Below, in pieces: positions 38,099-48,795 of a DNA stretch of 64,000 nucleotides. The stretch covers positions 1,063,329 through 1,127,328 of the forward strand of contig DAIDHW010000001.1 in assembly GCA_027451865.1 (NCBI GenBank). The letters are read 5' to 3'. Position 1 is the stretch's first letter, and every line of letters begins with the position of its first letter. The position numbers and the translations under genes are program-made. The notes under the pieces are model-generated. The model saw only the letters and a program-made list of their open reading frames with translations. It was not told where the DNA came from and ran no database searches. Source of the DNA: Leptolyngbyaceae cyanobacterium clean351 (GTDB taxonomy: Bacteria > Cyanobacteriota > Cyanobacteriia > DAIDHW01).

Positions 38099-39178
38099 TT
38101 AGATAGCTACGGCTTGACGAGTGACAGCGTTGAGCAGTCCCTTGGCGTACATGACCGCAAAGTCGTCGATGCTAGAGTGCTTGATCTTGCTAGCTTGCCC
38201 GGCACTCCCAAAAGAAATGTAACGGTCGCCACAGACCTTCTGCATGTATTTGATAGAGGGCTTCAGGAAGTGACGGGGGTCAAACTCCTTCGGGTCCTTG
38301 GCTAGGGCTTCCCGAACCGCAGCCGTGATGGCCAGGCGGTTGTCAGTGTCAATGTTCACCTTGCGCACACCACTTTTGATCCCCTTTTGGATCTCTTCCA
38401 CGGGTACCCCGTAGGTCTCAGGGATAGCGCCCCCGTACTGATTAATGATTTCAATCAGATCCTCGGGCACCGAAGAGGAACCATGCATGACCAGGTGGGT
38501 GTTAGGTAGGCGACGATGAATTTCTTCAATCCGACTGATAGCTAGGATTTCCCCGGTGGGTTTACGGGAGAACTTGTAGGCACCATGGCTAGTACCAATG
38601 GCCACTGCCAGGGCGTCCACCTGGGTTTGTTCCACGAAGTCTACAGCCTGGTCGGGGTCAGTGAGAAGTTGGTCGTGGGAGAGTACTCCTTCGGCCCCGT
38701 GACCATCTTCCTTATCCCCCATACCAGTTTCCAAAGAGCCAAGGCAGCCGAGTTCTCCCTCTACACTTACGCCGATGGAATGGGCTACCTTAACTACTTC
38801 CCGCGTAGTTTGGACGTTGTATTCGTAGCTAGAGGGGGTCTTAGCATCTGCTTCTAGGGAACCATCCATCATCACGCTGGTAAATCCCTGACGCATGGCC
38901 GAGTAGCAGGTAGCTGGCTCGTTACCGTGGTCTTGGTGCATGACCACGGGAATGTGGGGGTAAGTTTCCACCGCTGCCAGAATCAAGTGACGCAGGAAAT
39001 TCTCTCCGGCATACTTGCGGGCCCCTCTGGAGGCTTGGAGAATCACGGGGCTGTCGTGCTCATGGGCAGCCTGCATGATCGCCTGAATCTGCTCCATATT
39101 GTTGACGTTATAGGCAGGGATGCCGTAGTCATTTTCCGCTGCATGGTCAAGCAACAGACGTAAGGGTACGATTGCCAT
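38099..39178 (-). CDS. fbaA: Fructose-bisphosphate aldolase class II
   Basis: [51 protein letters not shown]. Start at ATG 39178. Confidence 0.97.
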   Translation of the reverse strand: MAIVPLRLLLDHAAENDYGIPAYNVNNMEQIQAIMQAAHEHDSPVILQASRGARKYAGENFLRHLILAAVETYPHIPVVMHQDHGNEPATCYSAMRQGFTSVMMDGSLEADAKTPSSYEYNVQTTREVVKVAHSIGVSVEGELGCLGSLETGMGDKEDGHGAEGVLSHDQLLTDPDQAVDFVEQTQVDALAVAIGTSHGAYKFSRKPTGEILAISRIEEIHRRLPNTHLVMHGSSSVPEDLIEIINQYGGAIPETYGVPVEEIQKGIKSGVRKVNIDTDNRLAITAAVREALAKDPKEFDPRHFLKPSIKYMQKVCGDRYISFGSAGQASKIKHSSIDDFAVMYAKGLLNAVTRQAVAI

Positions 39179-39430
39179 AAGTAATCCTGGGGTTAATGGG
39201 CAGTAACGGCACCGAAAGCTAGAAAGCAATCTAAACTATGACTACAATCTTAAGCCAATTGGGGGATCCCAGGTGATGTACTGCCAGAGCTTCCCCCACT
39301 TCCACAAGGCACCACAGCACAGCCTAAAATTTGGACTTGTCTTCTGACTACCTTTTCCGCTATCATCATGCCGCACCTTGTTCTAGGAGGGTGTGTGTTT
39401 CTTCGTACTAGCCCCTACCACATACCAGTA

Positions 39431-41140
39431 ATGAAAACTTTTATTGGCTCTTCTGCCCGGGTTGTTGCTTTGGGCTTTTTAGCGGCCCTCCTGCCCAGGG
39501 TAGCCCTGGCCCAAATCCCTCCCAGCATCCAGCCAGGCCAAATCCAGCGGCAACTAGCTCCCCTGCCGCCCTCTACTGGGCCTGCCCCTAATGTTCCAGT
39601 ACCAGTTCCGGGACAAGGTCCTAGCGTTGCCCCTGGCAATAATGAGGTGACCTTTACCATTACCTCCGTAGACATCGAAGGTTCTACGGTTTATAGCCAG
39701 GCACAACTGCGGCCCCTCTACGCCCCACTGCTAGGGCACCCTATCCATCTAGCGGATTTGTACGCCCTGGCTAGTCGTATCACCGCCATGTATCAGAAAG
39801 ATGGCTACCTACTGTCTGAGGCGGTGGTGCCGGAGCAGACCATCGAGAATGGCCAAGCCCGGATCCAGGTTATTGAAGGCTACGTACAATCGGTGAATTT
39901 TACTGGGGTCTCCCCCCGCCTGCAGCATACACTCCAGGGATATGCCCACCATATTGAGGCTTCTCGCCCCCTCAACAATAGTGTCCTGGAGCGCTATCTG
40001 CTCCTGATGAGTGACCTCTCAGGCCTGCACCTGAACGTCGCTCTCAATCCCGGTACGGTGCCGGGGGCAAGTGTCCTCGATGCCTCGGTGAACCTGAAGC
40101 CCTTTAGCCCCTTCATCGAGTTTGATAACCGGGGCAGCCAGCAGGTAGGCCCGCTGCGATTACAGGCGGGGGTTTACCTCAACTCTTTACTCGGAGAGGG
40201 CGAGCGGTTCAACATTGACTTTGCCACCACCCCAGAGGACGTCAGTCAGCTGCAGTACGGGGATGCCGGGTTAGTATTTCCCATTGGGAGTAATGGTCTG
40301 ACCGTTAATGTGGATGGCTCCTACACTGCCGTCCGGCCAGGGGGTACCTTCCAAACCTTCGACTTGAACGGCAGTAGCACCGTGATCAATATGGGGGTCA
40401 GTTACCCTCTGATCCGCTCGCGGGCCGAAAACCTCAACGTCAGCATCGGTTTCCAATACAACGACAGTAAAAACCTAACCCTGTTTACCGGCACGCCGGT
40501 GTACATCAGCGCAGACCGCCTGCGAGTCCTTAGCCTTGGCGTCGACTACAACCGCACTGACAGATTCGGCCTGACCACCGCCGACGCTACCCTGGCCGAA
40601 GGCCTAGGCATTTTAGGAGCAACCACTAATGGCACCTCCGCCCGCCCTCTGTCCGTGGCCAATGGCAGTGCTCAGTTTACTAAATTTAGCTTCCAAGCCA
40701 CCCGCCTTCAGACTTTGCCGGATCACTTCAGCCTCTTCCTGCTAGCTAACGGGCAGGTAACGGGGGACACCCTGCTGACGGAGGAGCAGTTCGGAGTAGG
40801 GGGGGCTACCTGCGGCAGCGCCTTTGTGTCCTTCCAGATTGCGGGAGACTCCGGGTACTGTGTGCGGACGGAACTAGCCCGCTCCTTCACCTACCGGTTC
40901 CAGCATCAAAACATGTTCACTCAGCCCTACATCTTTGCCGATTACGGTCAGACTTTCCTCAATAGTCCCACAGCCGCCCAGTCTTCTAGCAGCAGGCTGG
41001 CTTCTGCCGGTCTGGGGGTGAGGCAAAACTTCGGTCAGTACGTCAACCTGCAAGTGGAAATGGCTTTCCCCCTTCAGGACACGGGTACCGGCTTCACCCA
41101 AGACCCGCGTCTGTTCTTTACCCTACAGTCTTTGTTCTAG
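39431..41140 (+). CDS. ShlB/FhaC/HecB-family two-partner secretion outer membrane protein (TpsB)
   Basis: Signal peptide ending ALA-Q, POTRA motifs (ITAMYQKDGY; LERYLLLMSDLSG), FDNRGS, beta-barrel, C-terminal Phe. Confidence 0.9.
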   Translation: MKTFIGSSARVVALGFLAALLPRVALAQIPPSIQPGQIQRQLAPLPPSTGPAPNVPVPVPGQGPSVAPGNNEVTFTITSVDIEGSTVYSQAQLRPLYAPLLGHPIHLADLYALASRITAMYQKDGYLLSEAVVPEQTIENGQARIQVIEGYVQSVNFTGVSPRLQHTLQGYAHHIEASRPLNNSVLERYLLLMSDLSGLHLNVALNPGTVPGASVLDASVNLKPFSPFIEFDNRGSQQVGPLRLQAGVYLNSLLGEGERFNIDFATTPEDVSQLQYGDAGLVFPIGSNGLTVNVDGSYTAVRPGGTFQTFDLNGSSTVINMGVSYPLIRSRAENLNVSIGFQYNDSKNLTLFTGTPVYISADRLRVLSLGVDYNRTDRFGLTTADATLAEGLGILGATTNGTSARPLSVANGSAQFTKFSFQATRLQTLPDHFSLFLLANGQVTGDTLLTEEQFGVGGATCGSAFVSFQIAGDSGYCVRTELARSFTYRFQHQNMFTQPYIFADYGQTFLNSPTAAQSSSSRLASAGLGVRQNFGQYVNLQVEMAFPLQDTGTGFTQDPRLFFTLQSLF

Positions 41141-41162
41141 GGGGGCTGTAGTTATAGCTCCT

Positions 41163-41197
41163 AAGGGGGACTTGATCTAAACCCAGTCCCCTTTTTT
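41163..41197 (+). terminator. Rho-independent terminator after tpsB
   Basis: ggggact-(loop)-agtcccc followed by tttttt, between convergent genes. Confidence 0.65.
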
Positions 41198-41207
41198 AGC
41201 CGCCGTG

Positions 41208-43256
41208 TCAGGGGCTGACGGTCTCGGTCGGAGTCTGAGACTCGGTGGTTTGATTCAGTCGCCACTTCCCATCCTCCCGTAGTTCCAGAACCCACTGGTG
41301 ATAGGCCATCAGGCTGGGGCGGTGGCCGACACTAATGTAGGTAATTCCTAAGACCCGAAGCTGGCGGTAGAGATTCTCCTCATTCTCTAAGTCCAGAGCA
41401 CTAGTAGCCTCATCCAAGATCGCGTAGGCCGGGCGGGTCAAAAGCAGGCGGGCAAAGGCAAGGCGTTGCTGCTCACCTAGGGAGAGCACATCAGCCCAAT
41501 CCAACTCCACATCAAAGCCCCCGAGACGCTCGGGCAGATGCTCTAGGTTGACTTCCCTGAGCACTTTCTCCAGCTCGGCCACCGGAATCTGGGCGCTGCT
41601 GTTGGGGTAGAGTAGTTGCGAGCGTAGGGAACCCAAAATCATGTAGGGCCGCTGGGGAAGAAAGAGCATTTCTCGGAGGGGTGGCCGACGAACAGTGCCG
41701 CTGCCTTGGTTCCAAAGGCCAGCGATTGCCCGGAGTAGGGAACTTTTGCCAATCCCGCTCGGACCTACCACCACCAGTCCTGATCCCGGAGGCACCATCA
41801 GGCTCAAGTCACAGATCAGCCGCCGCCCTCCATCGGGGGTCAAGAGGGTGAGATTCTCGAGGACCACTTCTGTACCCTGCTCCTGGAGGGCAATGCCAGC
41901 GCTGCGGGGAGCATCCAAGCCCATAGACTCGGTGAATATTGACAGACGGTCAATGCCCGCAGCAAAGGCGGTAATATCAGTGATGCTGTTGACGATCAGG
42001 GACAGGGAACCGTAGACCATACTGAAGGCATAGTTAGCCTGGACCATGTCACCGTACTGGATCCTCTGGACTATATGACCGTCACGCATCACCCCTTGCC
42101 AATCAAAAAACAACGGGAACAGGACTAGGTAAGGGAGCACAACCGGGATGTATTGGTAGGCAGTCGTAAAGAAGGAGAGGTTCCGCTGCCAACCAATCAA
42201 GGCCAGGAAGTTAGCCACGGCAGTGTTAAACCGATTGCCGGCCTGTTGGGCTTCCTGGGGCTCCCCCTGGTAGAAGGCAATCGCCTCGGCGTTATCGCGC
42301 ACGCGCATGAGGGAATACCGGAAATCTGCCTCAAACCGCAGCTGGTTAAAGTTTAGCCGCACTAAACGCCGGCCGATCAGCACTGTTAACAGGGTACCAA
42401 CAACCGAGTAGATGAGTACAACCACGACTAGGAGTAGAGATTCGGACCAGAGGATGCCGATAAAGGAGGCCAAATTGATCAGTGAGCTCAGGATGGCCAG
42501 CAAAAAACCTAAACTAGTGTTTGTAAAGTTGTTAATGTCGGCACTGATCCGCTGGTCAGGGTTATCGATTTGGGCGTCCTGCTCAATGGCGTAGTAGGTG
42601 CGATGGGCAAAGTAGCGGCCTAGAAAGTCGTCGGTGAGCCAGACTCGCCACCGCAAACCCAGGTAGCTCTGGATATACCCGTAAAAAGCCGTCAGAGGAA
42701 TACCAATTAAAAAGGCTACAAAGTAGGTGCCTACGTACAGATAGGCTAGGTGCACATCCGCATCAGCTGAGACTTTATCCCGGGACACAAAGTCCTTGGC
42801 AAAGTCCACCAAGGCATTGGTGAAGAAGTTACCCACATAGCTAAAACTGACGTTGATCCCAGTGATGGCGATGGATAGAAAGAGCACTGCCCCGAGGAGA
42901 AACCACTGCTCTAAGCGCGGCCGGACCTGCCGGCGAAAGGCCAGAAAACTGGCGGTAGGCACCGCTAGGGTCAACACTAGCAACACCACCAGGGGGGACT
43001 GAAGGATACTCCTAATTAGAGGGGCCAGGCCAGGGGCGATCTTGCCGGTCAGATCGGGATTGAGATGCTCCCCTAAAAGAGTAGCCACCGCCACTAACAC
43101 AAACAGTAAGCCAAATAGAAATACTATCAGTAGGCTCATCAGCAGCACCGTAATCCAACCCCCCCCCCGGATTCTGGGGAAAAAATAGGGCTGGGCAATG
43201 CTGACAAAGCGCTGCCACAACTGGGGGGTAAAAGGCGAGGGGGAAGATGAAGACAT
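41208..43256 (-). CDS. ABC transporter, fused permease/ATPase (ABC_membrane_2, YddA/ABCD-like)
   Basis: IDNPDQRI, EADFRYSL.RVRDNAEAIAFY, GPSGIGKS, LSLGEQQRL, ILDEAT. ATG at 43256. Confidence 0.92.
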   Translation of the reverse strand: MSSSSPSPFTPQLWQRFVSIAQPYFFPRIRGGGWITVLLMSLLIVFLFGLLFVLVAVATLLGEHLNPDLTGKIAPGLAPLIRSILQSPLVVLLVLTLAVPTASFLAFRRQVRPRLEQWFLLGAVLFLSIAITGINVSFSYVGNFFTNALVDFAKDFVSRDKVSADADVHLAYLYVGTYFVAFLIGIPLTAFYGYIQSYLGLRWRVWLTDDFLGRYFAHRTYYAIEQDAQIDNPDQRISADINNFTNTSLGFLLAILSSLINLASFIGILWSESLLLVVVVLIYSVVGTLLTVLIGRRLVRLNFNQLRFEADFRYSLMRVRDNAEAIAFYQGEPQEAQQAGNRFNTAVANFLALIGWQRNLSFFTTAYQYIPVVLPYLVLFPLFFDWQGVMRDGHIVQRIQYGDMVQANYAFSMVYGSLSLIVNSITDITAFAAGIDRLSIFTESMGLDAPRSAGIALQEQGTEVVLENLTLLTPDGGRRLICDLSLMVPPGSGLVVVGPSGIGKSSLLRAIAGLWNQGSGTVRRPPLREMLFLPQRPYMILGSLRSQLLYPNSSAQIPVAELEKVLREVNLEHLPERLGGFDVELDWADVLSLGEQQRLAFARLLLTRPAYAILDEATSALDLENEENLYRQLRVLGITYISVGHRPSLMAYHQWVLELREDGKWRLNQTTESQTPTETVSP

Positions 43257-43497
43257 AGGAGCTGCTGCCAAATAGGTCAAGGGAGGAAAGGACTCGAGGA
43301 TCCCTGACTAGCTAGCCAGAGACCCCGCGGCTGAGGGCTAGGGAAACTGGATGGGGACTTTAAGCGCTCCCCAGTCCGCGACCGGGATTTTTCCCTTGGC
43401 CGGGAGAAGGATAGGGAGCCAAGTCTAGTTTAGGATAGGAGAAGTTAGGAGCCCAGTCTGCGGGCTGGAACTGCTGGTTCTGTTATAGATTAACCTG

Positions 43498-44580
43498 ATG
43501 CTAAGTGCCGGGATCGTTGGCCTCCCCAATGTGGGCAAGTCCACTCTTTTTAACGCCCTAGTGGCTAATGCTAAAGCCCAGGCCGCCAATTTCCCGTTCT
43601 GCACTATTGAGCCTAACGTAGGGGTGGTGTCCGTGAGCGACCCCCGTCTGGAAACCCTTGCCCGCCTGTCTGGGTCGGCACAGATCATTCCCACCCGGGT
43701 AGAGTTTGTAGATATTGCTGGCCTAGTGGCAGGGGCTAGTCAGGGAGAAGGCCTAGGTAATCAGTTTCTCGGTCACATCCGCCAAGTAGACGCCATTGTC
43801 CAGGTGGTGCGTTGTTTTGATGACCAGGACATTATTCACGTGGCCGGTTCCGTTGACCCGCTACGGGACGTGGAGGTGATTAACCTGGAACTAGCCCTGG
43901 CTGATCTAGCCCAAGTAGAAAGGCGGCTCGAACGACTACGTAAACAGCCCCGGGGGGAGGCCGCCGATGAGGTGCAGTTGCTCGAGCGCTTGAGAGCAAC
44001 CTTGAATGAAGGTCAAGCCGCCCGCCAACTATCCCTTGGTAGCGAAGAGGAACTGCTGGTAAAACCCTTGGGACTGCTGACGCGCAAACCCCTGATCTAC
44101 GCCGCCAACGTAGCCGAGACTGACCTGGGTACAGGCAACGCGTGGGTAGAACAGCTGCGGGCCTACGCCGGGGAATCTACCCAAGTAGTAGTAGTCTCAG
44201 CCCAGGTGGAGGCTGAGCTTGGGGATCTGTCTTTCGCCGAGCAGGCCGATTACCTTGCCTCCCTAGGAGTCAGCTCTGGGGGCCTGCAAACTCTGATCAA
44301 TGCCACCTATCAACTGTTGGGCTTACGGACCTACTTTACTACTGGTCCGAAGGAAACCCGCGCTTGGACCATCAAAGCTGGGATGCTGGCACCCCAGGCT
44401 GCCGGGGTGATCCATACTGACTTTGAGCGGGGATTCATTCGGGCGGAGACCGTCGCCTACCAAGACTTGGTGACAGCAGGTTCCCTGGCGGCGGCCCGGG
44501 AGCGGGGGTTAGTACGCAGTGAGGGCAAGGATTACCTGGTCCAGGAGGGGGATGTGATGTTGTTCCGCTTCAATGTTTAG
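43498..44580 (+). CDS. ychF: Redox-regulated ATPase YchF
   Basis: [46 protein letters not shown]. Confidence 0.97.
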   Translation: MLSAGIVGLPNVGKSTLFNALVANAKAQAANFPFCTIEPNVGVVSVSDPRLETLARLSGSAQIIPTRVEFVDIAGLVAGASQGEGLGNQFLGHIRQVDAIVQVVRCFDDQDIIHVAGSVDPLRDVEVINLELALADLAQVERRLERLRKQPRGEAADEVQLLERLRATLNEGQAARQLSLGSEEELLVKPLGLLTRKPLIYAANVAETDLGTGNAWVEQLRAYAGESTQVVVVSAQVEAELGDLSFAEQADYLASLGVSSGGLQTLINATYQLLGLRTYFTTGPKETRAWTIKAGMLAPQAAGVIHTDFERGFIRAETVAYQDLVTAGSLAAARERGLVRSEGKDYLVQEGDVMLFRFNV

Positions 44581-44621
44581 CTGCCCTCAGGGCGACACAG
44601 TTACCACCGAGGAATCCAGGG

Positions 44622-45314
44622 ATGACTAGCCGATTCCACACCCCGGAAGCAATAGACCTTGCACCTTTAGTTGATCTAGCCCTCCTAGACCCGACCCTCA
44701 CCCCGGAAGGATTCACCCAAGGCTGTGAGGCAGCTGACCAGTTTGGGTTTGCCACGGTTTGCGTTTACCCGTACCAGGTGGGACGGGCCGCTGAGTTGTT
44801 GCAGCGCAGTAAGACACGGGTAGGCACAGTAGTCGGCTTTCCTAGCGGTGCCCACACTTGCGCTGTCAAGCTCTACGAAGCGGAGGAGGCCACCGAGAAT
44901 GGCGCCCGAGAGCTAGATGTGATGGTTAACCTAGGCTGGCTCAAACAGGGACAGTGGGATCTATTGCACCGGGAACTGGCGACAATCTGCGAACACACCG
45001 GCCAAACGGTGAAAGCGATTTTGGAGGTTAGCCTCCTTACGCCTGAGGAGGTTAGTCAAGCCTCAGATGTGTGCCTGGACGCCGGGGTAGCGTTTCTGAA
45101 GACCGGTACTGGCTGGCGGGGCGGGGCGACCGTTGAAGGGGTGAAGCTTTTAGCCCAAGTTACCCGGGAGCGGGCCGGGGTCAAGGCGGCCGGCGGTATC
45201 CGCACCGCTGCCCAAGCCCTGGACTTGGTCCAAGCTGGGGCAACTAGATTGGGGACCTCCCGGGGAGTTGAGATTCTCCAAGAGTACTATCACCGTGGCC
45301 CGGGGTCTTCCTAA
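44622..45314 (+). CDS. deoC: Deoxyribose-phosphate aldolase
   Basis: [41 protein letters not shown]. Confidence 0.93.
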   Translation: MTSRFHTPEAIDLAPLVDLALLDPTLTPEGFTQGCEAADQFGFATVCVYPYQVGRAAELLQRSKTRVGTVVGFPSGAHTCAVKLYEAEEATENGARELDVMVNLGWLKQGQWDLLHRELATICEHTGQTVKAILEVSLLTPEEVSQASDVCLDAGVAFLKTGTGWRGGATVEGVKLLAQVTRERAGVKAAGGIRTAAQALDLVQAGATRLGTSRGVEILQEYYHRGPGSS

Positions 45315-45377
45315 TCTCCCGCAATTCGCAATTCAGGAAAAAGTCCCATGTATACCCGGCCCGCGTCAGTCTGACCC

Positions 45378-46130
45378 ATGAGTTCTACCTACAAAGTCAC
45401 AGGCATCAATCTCAAGAGCACTCCCCTCGGAGAGACAGACCGACTAGTGACGATTCTCACCCCTGAACAGGGTTTGTTGCGGGTAGTGGCTCCTGGGGCT
45501 CGGAAAATCCATTCCCCCTTGGCGGGTCGCAGTGCCTTGTTTGTGGTCAACACCCTCTTGGTAAGCCGGGGCCGGACCCTGGACCGGATTTGTCAAGCGG
45601 AGACTTTGCTTTCCCATCCTGGTTTAAGCCGCCAGCTCCTGCGGTTGGCGGCAGCCCAATACCTGGCGGAGATGGTTTTGCACCAGTCCCTGAGTGGGCA
45701 GTCCCAAGCGGAGCTATTTCTACTTTTTTGTCAGCGCCTAGAATGCCTAGACCAGGTGCCCGAAGCCCAGGTCTTGCCCCACCTAGTGGGCGGCATCTTT
45801 GCCCTGCTTACCCTAGCTGGTCTAGCTCCCCAGGTTCACACCTGTGTGATGACTCACCAACCCCTCGAGCCCAACCCTCTGGACCCGCAGTGGCACGTGG
45901 GCTGGAGCCCTTCCCTCGGGGGGGTGGTGAAGGCGGGGGTCCTTGGCGGTGTGGCTACCACCCGGCTCGCCGCTGCGGATTTAAGATCGCTTCAGCAATT
46001 GCCGGCGCTGGACCTACCAGGAACACCGGCGGTATGGCAGCGCCTGGAACAGGTTTTGCGCCAGTACGCCGAGTATCACCTTGAGCGTTCAATCCGCTCT
46101 AGCGAACTACTTCACACCTGTCTTACCTAA
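45378..46130 (+). CDS. recO: DNA repair protein RecO
   Basis: LGETDRLVTILTPEQG..R.VAPGARK; usual position after deoC. Confidence 0.92.
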   Translation: MSSTYKVTGINLKSTPLGETDRLVTILTPEQGLLRVVAPGARKIHSPLAGRSALFVVNTLLVSRGRTLDRICQAETLLSHPGLSRQLLRLAAAQYLAEMVLHQSLSGQSQAELFLLFCQRLECLDQVPEAQVLPHLVGGIFALLTLAGLAPQVHTCVMTHQPLEPNPLDPQWHVGWSPSLGGVVKAGVLGGVATTRLAAADLRSLQQLPALDLPGTPAVWQRLEQVLRQYAEYHLERSIRSSELLHTCLT

Positions 46131-46146
46131 GCCCCCCCGACCCGCC

Positions 46147-47541
46147 ATGGAATTTTTTGACAGCAGCACCTACAGTCTTCCTCCCCAACAGGTGAAAGCC
46201 GATCCCGATCCCTTACCGCCAGAGGAAGGGGAGACAGGATTCTGGCCGGTGCTCAGTAACCGCAATTTCTTAACCCTCTGGACTGGTCAGCTTTTCTCCC
46301 AAGTGGCAGACAAGATCTACATTGTGCTGATGGTGGCGATCATTGCCGCCCAGTACAGCCATGAGGACCAGCCCATGAGCGGCCTGATATCAGGGGTGAT
46401 GGTTGCCCTCACGGTGCCAGCGGTGCTGTTCGGTTCGGTGGCGGGAGCCCTGGTAGACCGCTGGTCGAAAAAGCTGGTCCTAGTTGCTACTAACTTGGCG
46501 CGGGGATTATTGGTCCTCAGCTTGCCCTCCCTGTTGTGGCTGACCCACGACTGGGGAGCCCTAGGAACTATCCCCTGGGGATTTGGGATGATCCTCGGCT
46601 TAAGCTTTCTAGTTTCAGTCTTGACGCAGTTCTTCGCCCCTGCTGAGCAAGCAGTTATTCCCTTGATCCTAGAGCGGCGGCACCTACTGTCAGCCAATTC
46701 CTTATACACGACCACCATGCTAGCTTCAGTGATCCTGGGCTTTGCCCTAGGTGAACCCCTCCTGGCGCTGGCGGAGCGAGGGCTAAGCCATTTTACCGCT
46801 CACCCAGAGTGGGGAGGAGAACTGCTGGTGGGGGGGAGTTACATCGTGGCTGGTCTGCTGTTGCTAGGGCTGCGCACTCCCCAGGAAATGGCCCTAGCTC
46901 ACCCTGGAGATTCCCACGTGTGGCAGGACATTCAAGAGGGGCTGCAATACCTCAAGCAACAGCCCCGGGTGCTTGGGGCCTTGATTCAGCTCATGGTCTT
47001 GTTCTCTGTATTTGCTTCCCTATCGGTTCTAGTGGTAAGACTAGCCCAGGTAATTGAGGAGATTAAGGCATCCCAGTTTGGGTTCCTGCTGGCAGCAGGG
47101 GGGGTGGGTATGGCCCTAGGAGCCAGCGTCATTGGTCACTTGGGAGCTGCCCGGCTCACTGCTCACCATCGTCTGAGTTTGGTGGGGTCCTTGGGGGTAG
47201 CGGTAACCATGGGTGGTCTAGCCTGGTTTCCCTACCAGTTATGGATTGTGCTGGGGCTGCTGACTGTGATGGGGGTGTTTACGGCCATGGCGGTAATCCC
47301 GATGCAGACTACGATTCAGGAGGAGACTCCGGAAACCATTCGGGGTAAAGTGTTCGGTCTACAAAATAATGCCATCAACATTGCCTTGAGCCTGCCTCTG
47401 GCCCTTACCGGGGTAGCAGAAACCTACCTCGGCCTAAAAAGTGTCCTTTGGGCCCTAGCGGTGCTGACCCTGGTCGGGGGTAGTTTGACCTGGTATATTT
47501 CCTTAGAGAAGAACCCCCTTATTACTCCCCCGAGTTCCTGA
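46147..47541 (+). CDS. MFS transporter
   Basis: NFLTLWTGQLFSQVADK, AGALVDRWSKK, QFFAPAEQA, RGKVFG. Start at ATG 46147. Confidence 0.9.
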   Translation: MEFFDSSTYSLPPQQVKADPDPLPPEEGETGFWPVLSNRNFLTLWTGQLFSQVADKIYIVLMVAIIAAQYSHEDQPMSGLISGVMVALTVPAVLFGSVAGALVDRWSKKLVLVATNLARGLLVLSLPSLLWLTHDWGALGTIPWGFGMILGLSFLVSVLTQFFAPAEQAVIPLILERRHLLSANSLYTTTMLASVILGFALGEPLLALAERGLSHFTAHPEWGGELLVGGSYIVAGLLLLGLRTPQEMALAHPGDSHVWQDIQEGLQYLKQQPRVLGALIQLMVLFSVFASLSVLVVRLAQVIEEIKASQFGFLLAAGGVGMALGASVIGHLGAARLTAHHRLSLVGSLGVAVTMGGLAWFPYQLWIVLGLLTVMGVFTAMAVIPMQTTIQEETPETIRGKVFGLQNNAINIALSLPLALTGVAETYLGLKSVLWALAVLTLVGGSLTWYISLEKNPLITPPSS

Positions 47542-48663
47542 ATGCACATAGCCTGGATCGGTAAGAAGTCCCCATTTTGCGGCAACGTCACCTACGGCCG
47601 GGAAGTGACCAATGCCCTGCTAGAGCGGGGCTATCAGGTGAGCTTCTTGCACTTCGCCCAGGAGGAAGAGTTCCTCGGCACTCGCCCAGACCGGCCCGAG
47701 TTTTCCCTCCCTTTCCTATATAAGTCTCAGGTCTATACAATCCCAGCCCCGCGCTCTAGTCGGGTACTCACCCAGGTACTCCAGGACCTGCGGCCAGACT
47801 TGGTGCACGCTTCCTTGACCTTATCTCCCCTAGATTTTGTCTTGCCTGAAATTTGTGCCGACCTGGGCTTACCCTTGGTAGCTACTTTTCACCCCGCCTT
47901 TGACCGCAAACCGCGCAACCTCACCTCTGGTACTTCCCACCTTACCTATCAGATCTACGCTCCCTTCCTGGCTAACTACGACCGGGTAATTATCTTTTCC
48001 GAGATTCAGCGGGAGATCCTCGCTAAGCTTGGGGTACCAGAGCAACGCTTGGCTGTGATCCCCAACGGTGTAGATGTGCAAAAGTATGCCCCTGGACCCC
48101 AATCCATCAGAGGTAGATGGTCAGCCAAGTGCCTATTTGTTTACCAGGGGCGGATCTCCACTGAGAAGAATGTCGAATCCCTGCTGCGGGCTTGGAAGCA
48201 AGCCAAGTTGGGACCTGAGTGCCAGCTGGTAATCGTGGGGGATGGTCCCCTAAAGGCCTCCCTAGAATCTTTCTACCCCAGCAGCCTGGGAATTGATTGG
48301 TGGGGGTACGAGCCGGACGAACAACAAAGGGTGGAGATCTTACGGGCCGCCGATGTGTTTGTCTTGCCCTCCCTAATTGAAGGTTTATCTCTATCCCTTC
48401 TGGAAGCGATGGCCTGTGGCACGGCTTGCCTAGCCACGGAGGCCGGGGCGGACGGGGAGGTGCTGGCGGGGGAAGCTGGGGTCGTGCTCAGTACCCAGGG
48501 AGTGACCGGACAGCTGCGCACCCTACTGCCCATTCTGCGGGACCACCCAGAATGGCTGATCCTTCTGGGTCGGCAGGCCCGGCAACGGGTGTTAGACCAC
48601 TACTCTCTGGCGGCTAATATTGCTAAACTAGAGCTCTTATACGCTGATGCTCCCTATCGGTAA
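47542..48663 (+). CDS. dgdA: GT4 glycosyltransferase, likely digalactosyldiacylglycerol synthase DgdA (Ycf82)
   Basis: IAWIGKKSPFCGNVTYGREVTNALL matches cyanobacterial DgdA as I recall it. FVLPSLIEGLSLSLLEAMACG is a GT4 signature. Confidence 0.78.
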   Translation: MHIAWIGKKSPFCGNVTYGREVTNALLERGYQVSFLHFAQEEEFLGTRPDRPEFSLPFLYKSQVYTIPAPRSSRVLTQVLQDLRPDLVHASLTLSPLDFVLPEICADLGLPLVATFHPAFDRKPRNLTSGTSHLTYQIYAPFLANYDRVIIFSEIQREILAKLGVPEQRLAVIPNGVDVQKYAPGPQSIRGRWSAKCLFVYQGRISTEKNVESLLRAWKQAKLGPECQLVIVGDGPLKASLESFYPSSLGIDWWGYEPDEQQRVEILRAADVFVLPSLIEGLSLSLLEAMACGTACLATEAGADGEVLAGEAGVVLSTQGVTGQLRTLLPILRDHPEWLILLGRQARQRVLDHYSLAANIAKLELLYADAPYR

Positions 48664-48795
48664 GCCAGTCTTGTCTTGGGCGAAATCTGGCCGAGCCTAG
48701 GTGTGGTTGTCAGGATGCTGGCCAGCTCGAGCATAGGGCCAGGGGTCTAACGGGCAGACTAGGGAAAAGTAAAACCAGAGACACCTGAGACACCT

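Noticed and set aside
43320-43420. Structured leader upstream of the ABCD/BacA-like transporter as a cobalamin riboswitch
   Set aside because: Hairpins are present, but the B12-box and core consensus were not found on either strand.
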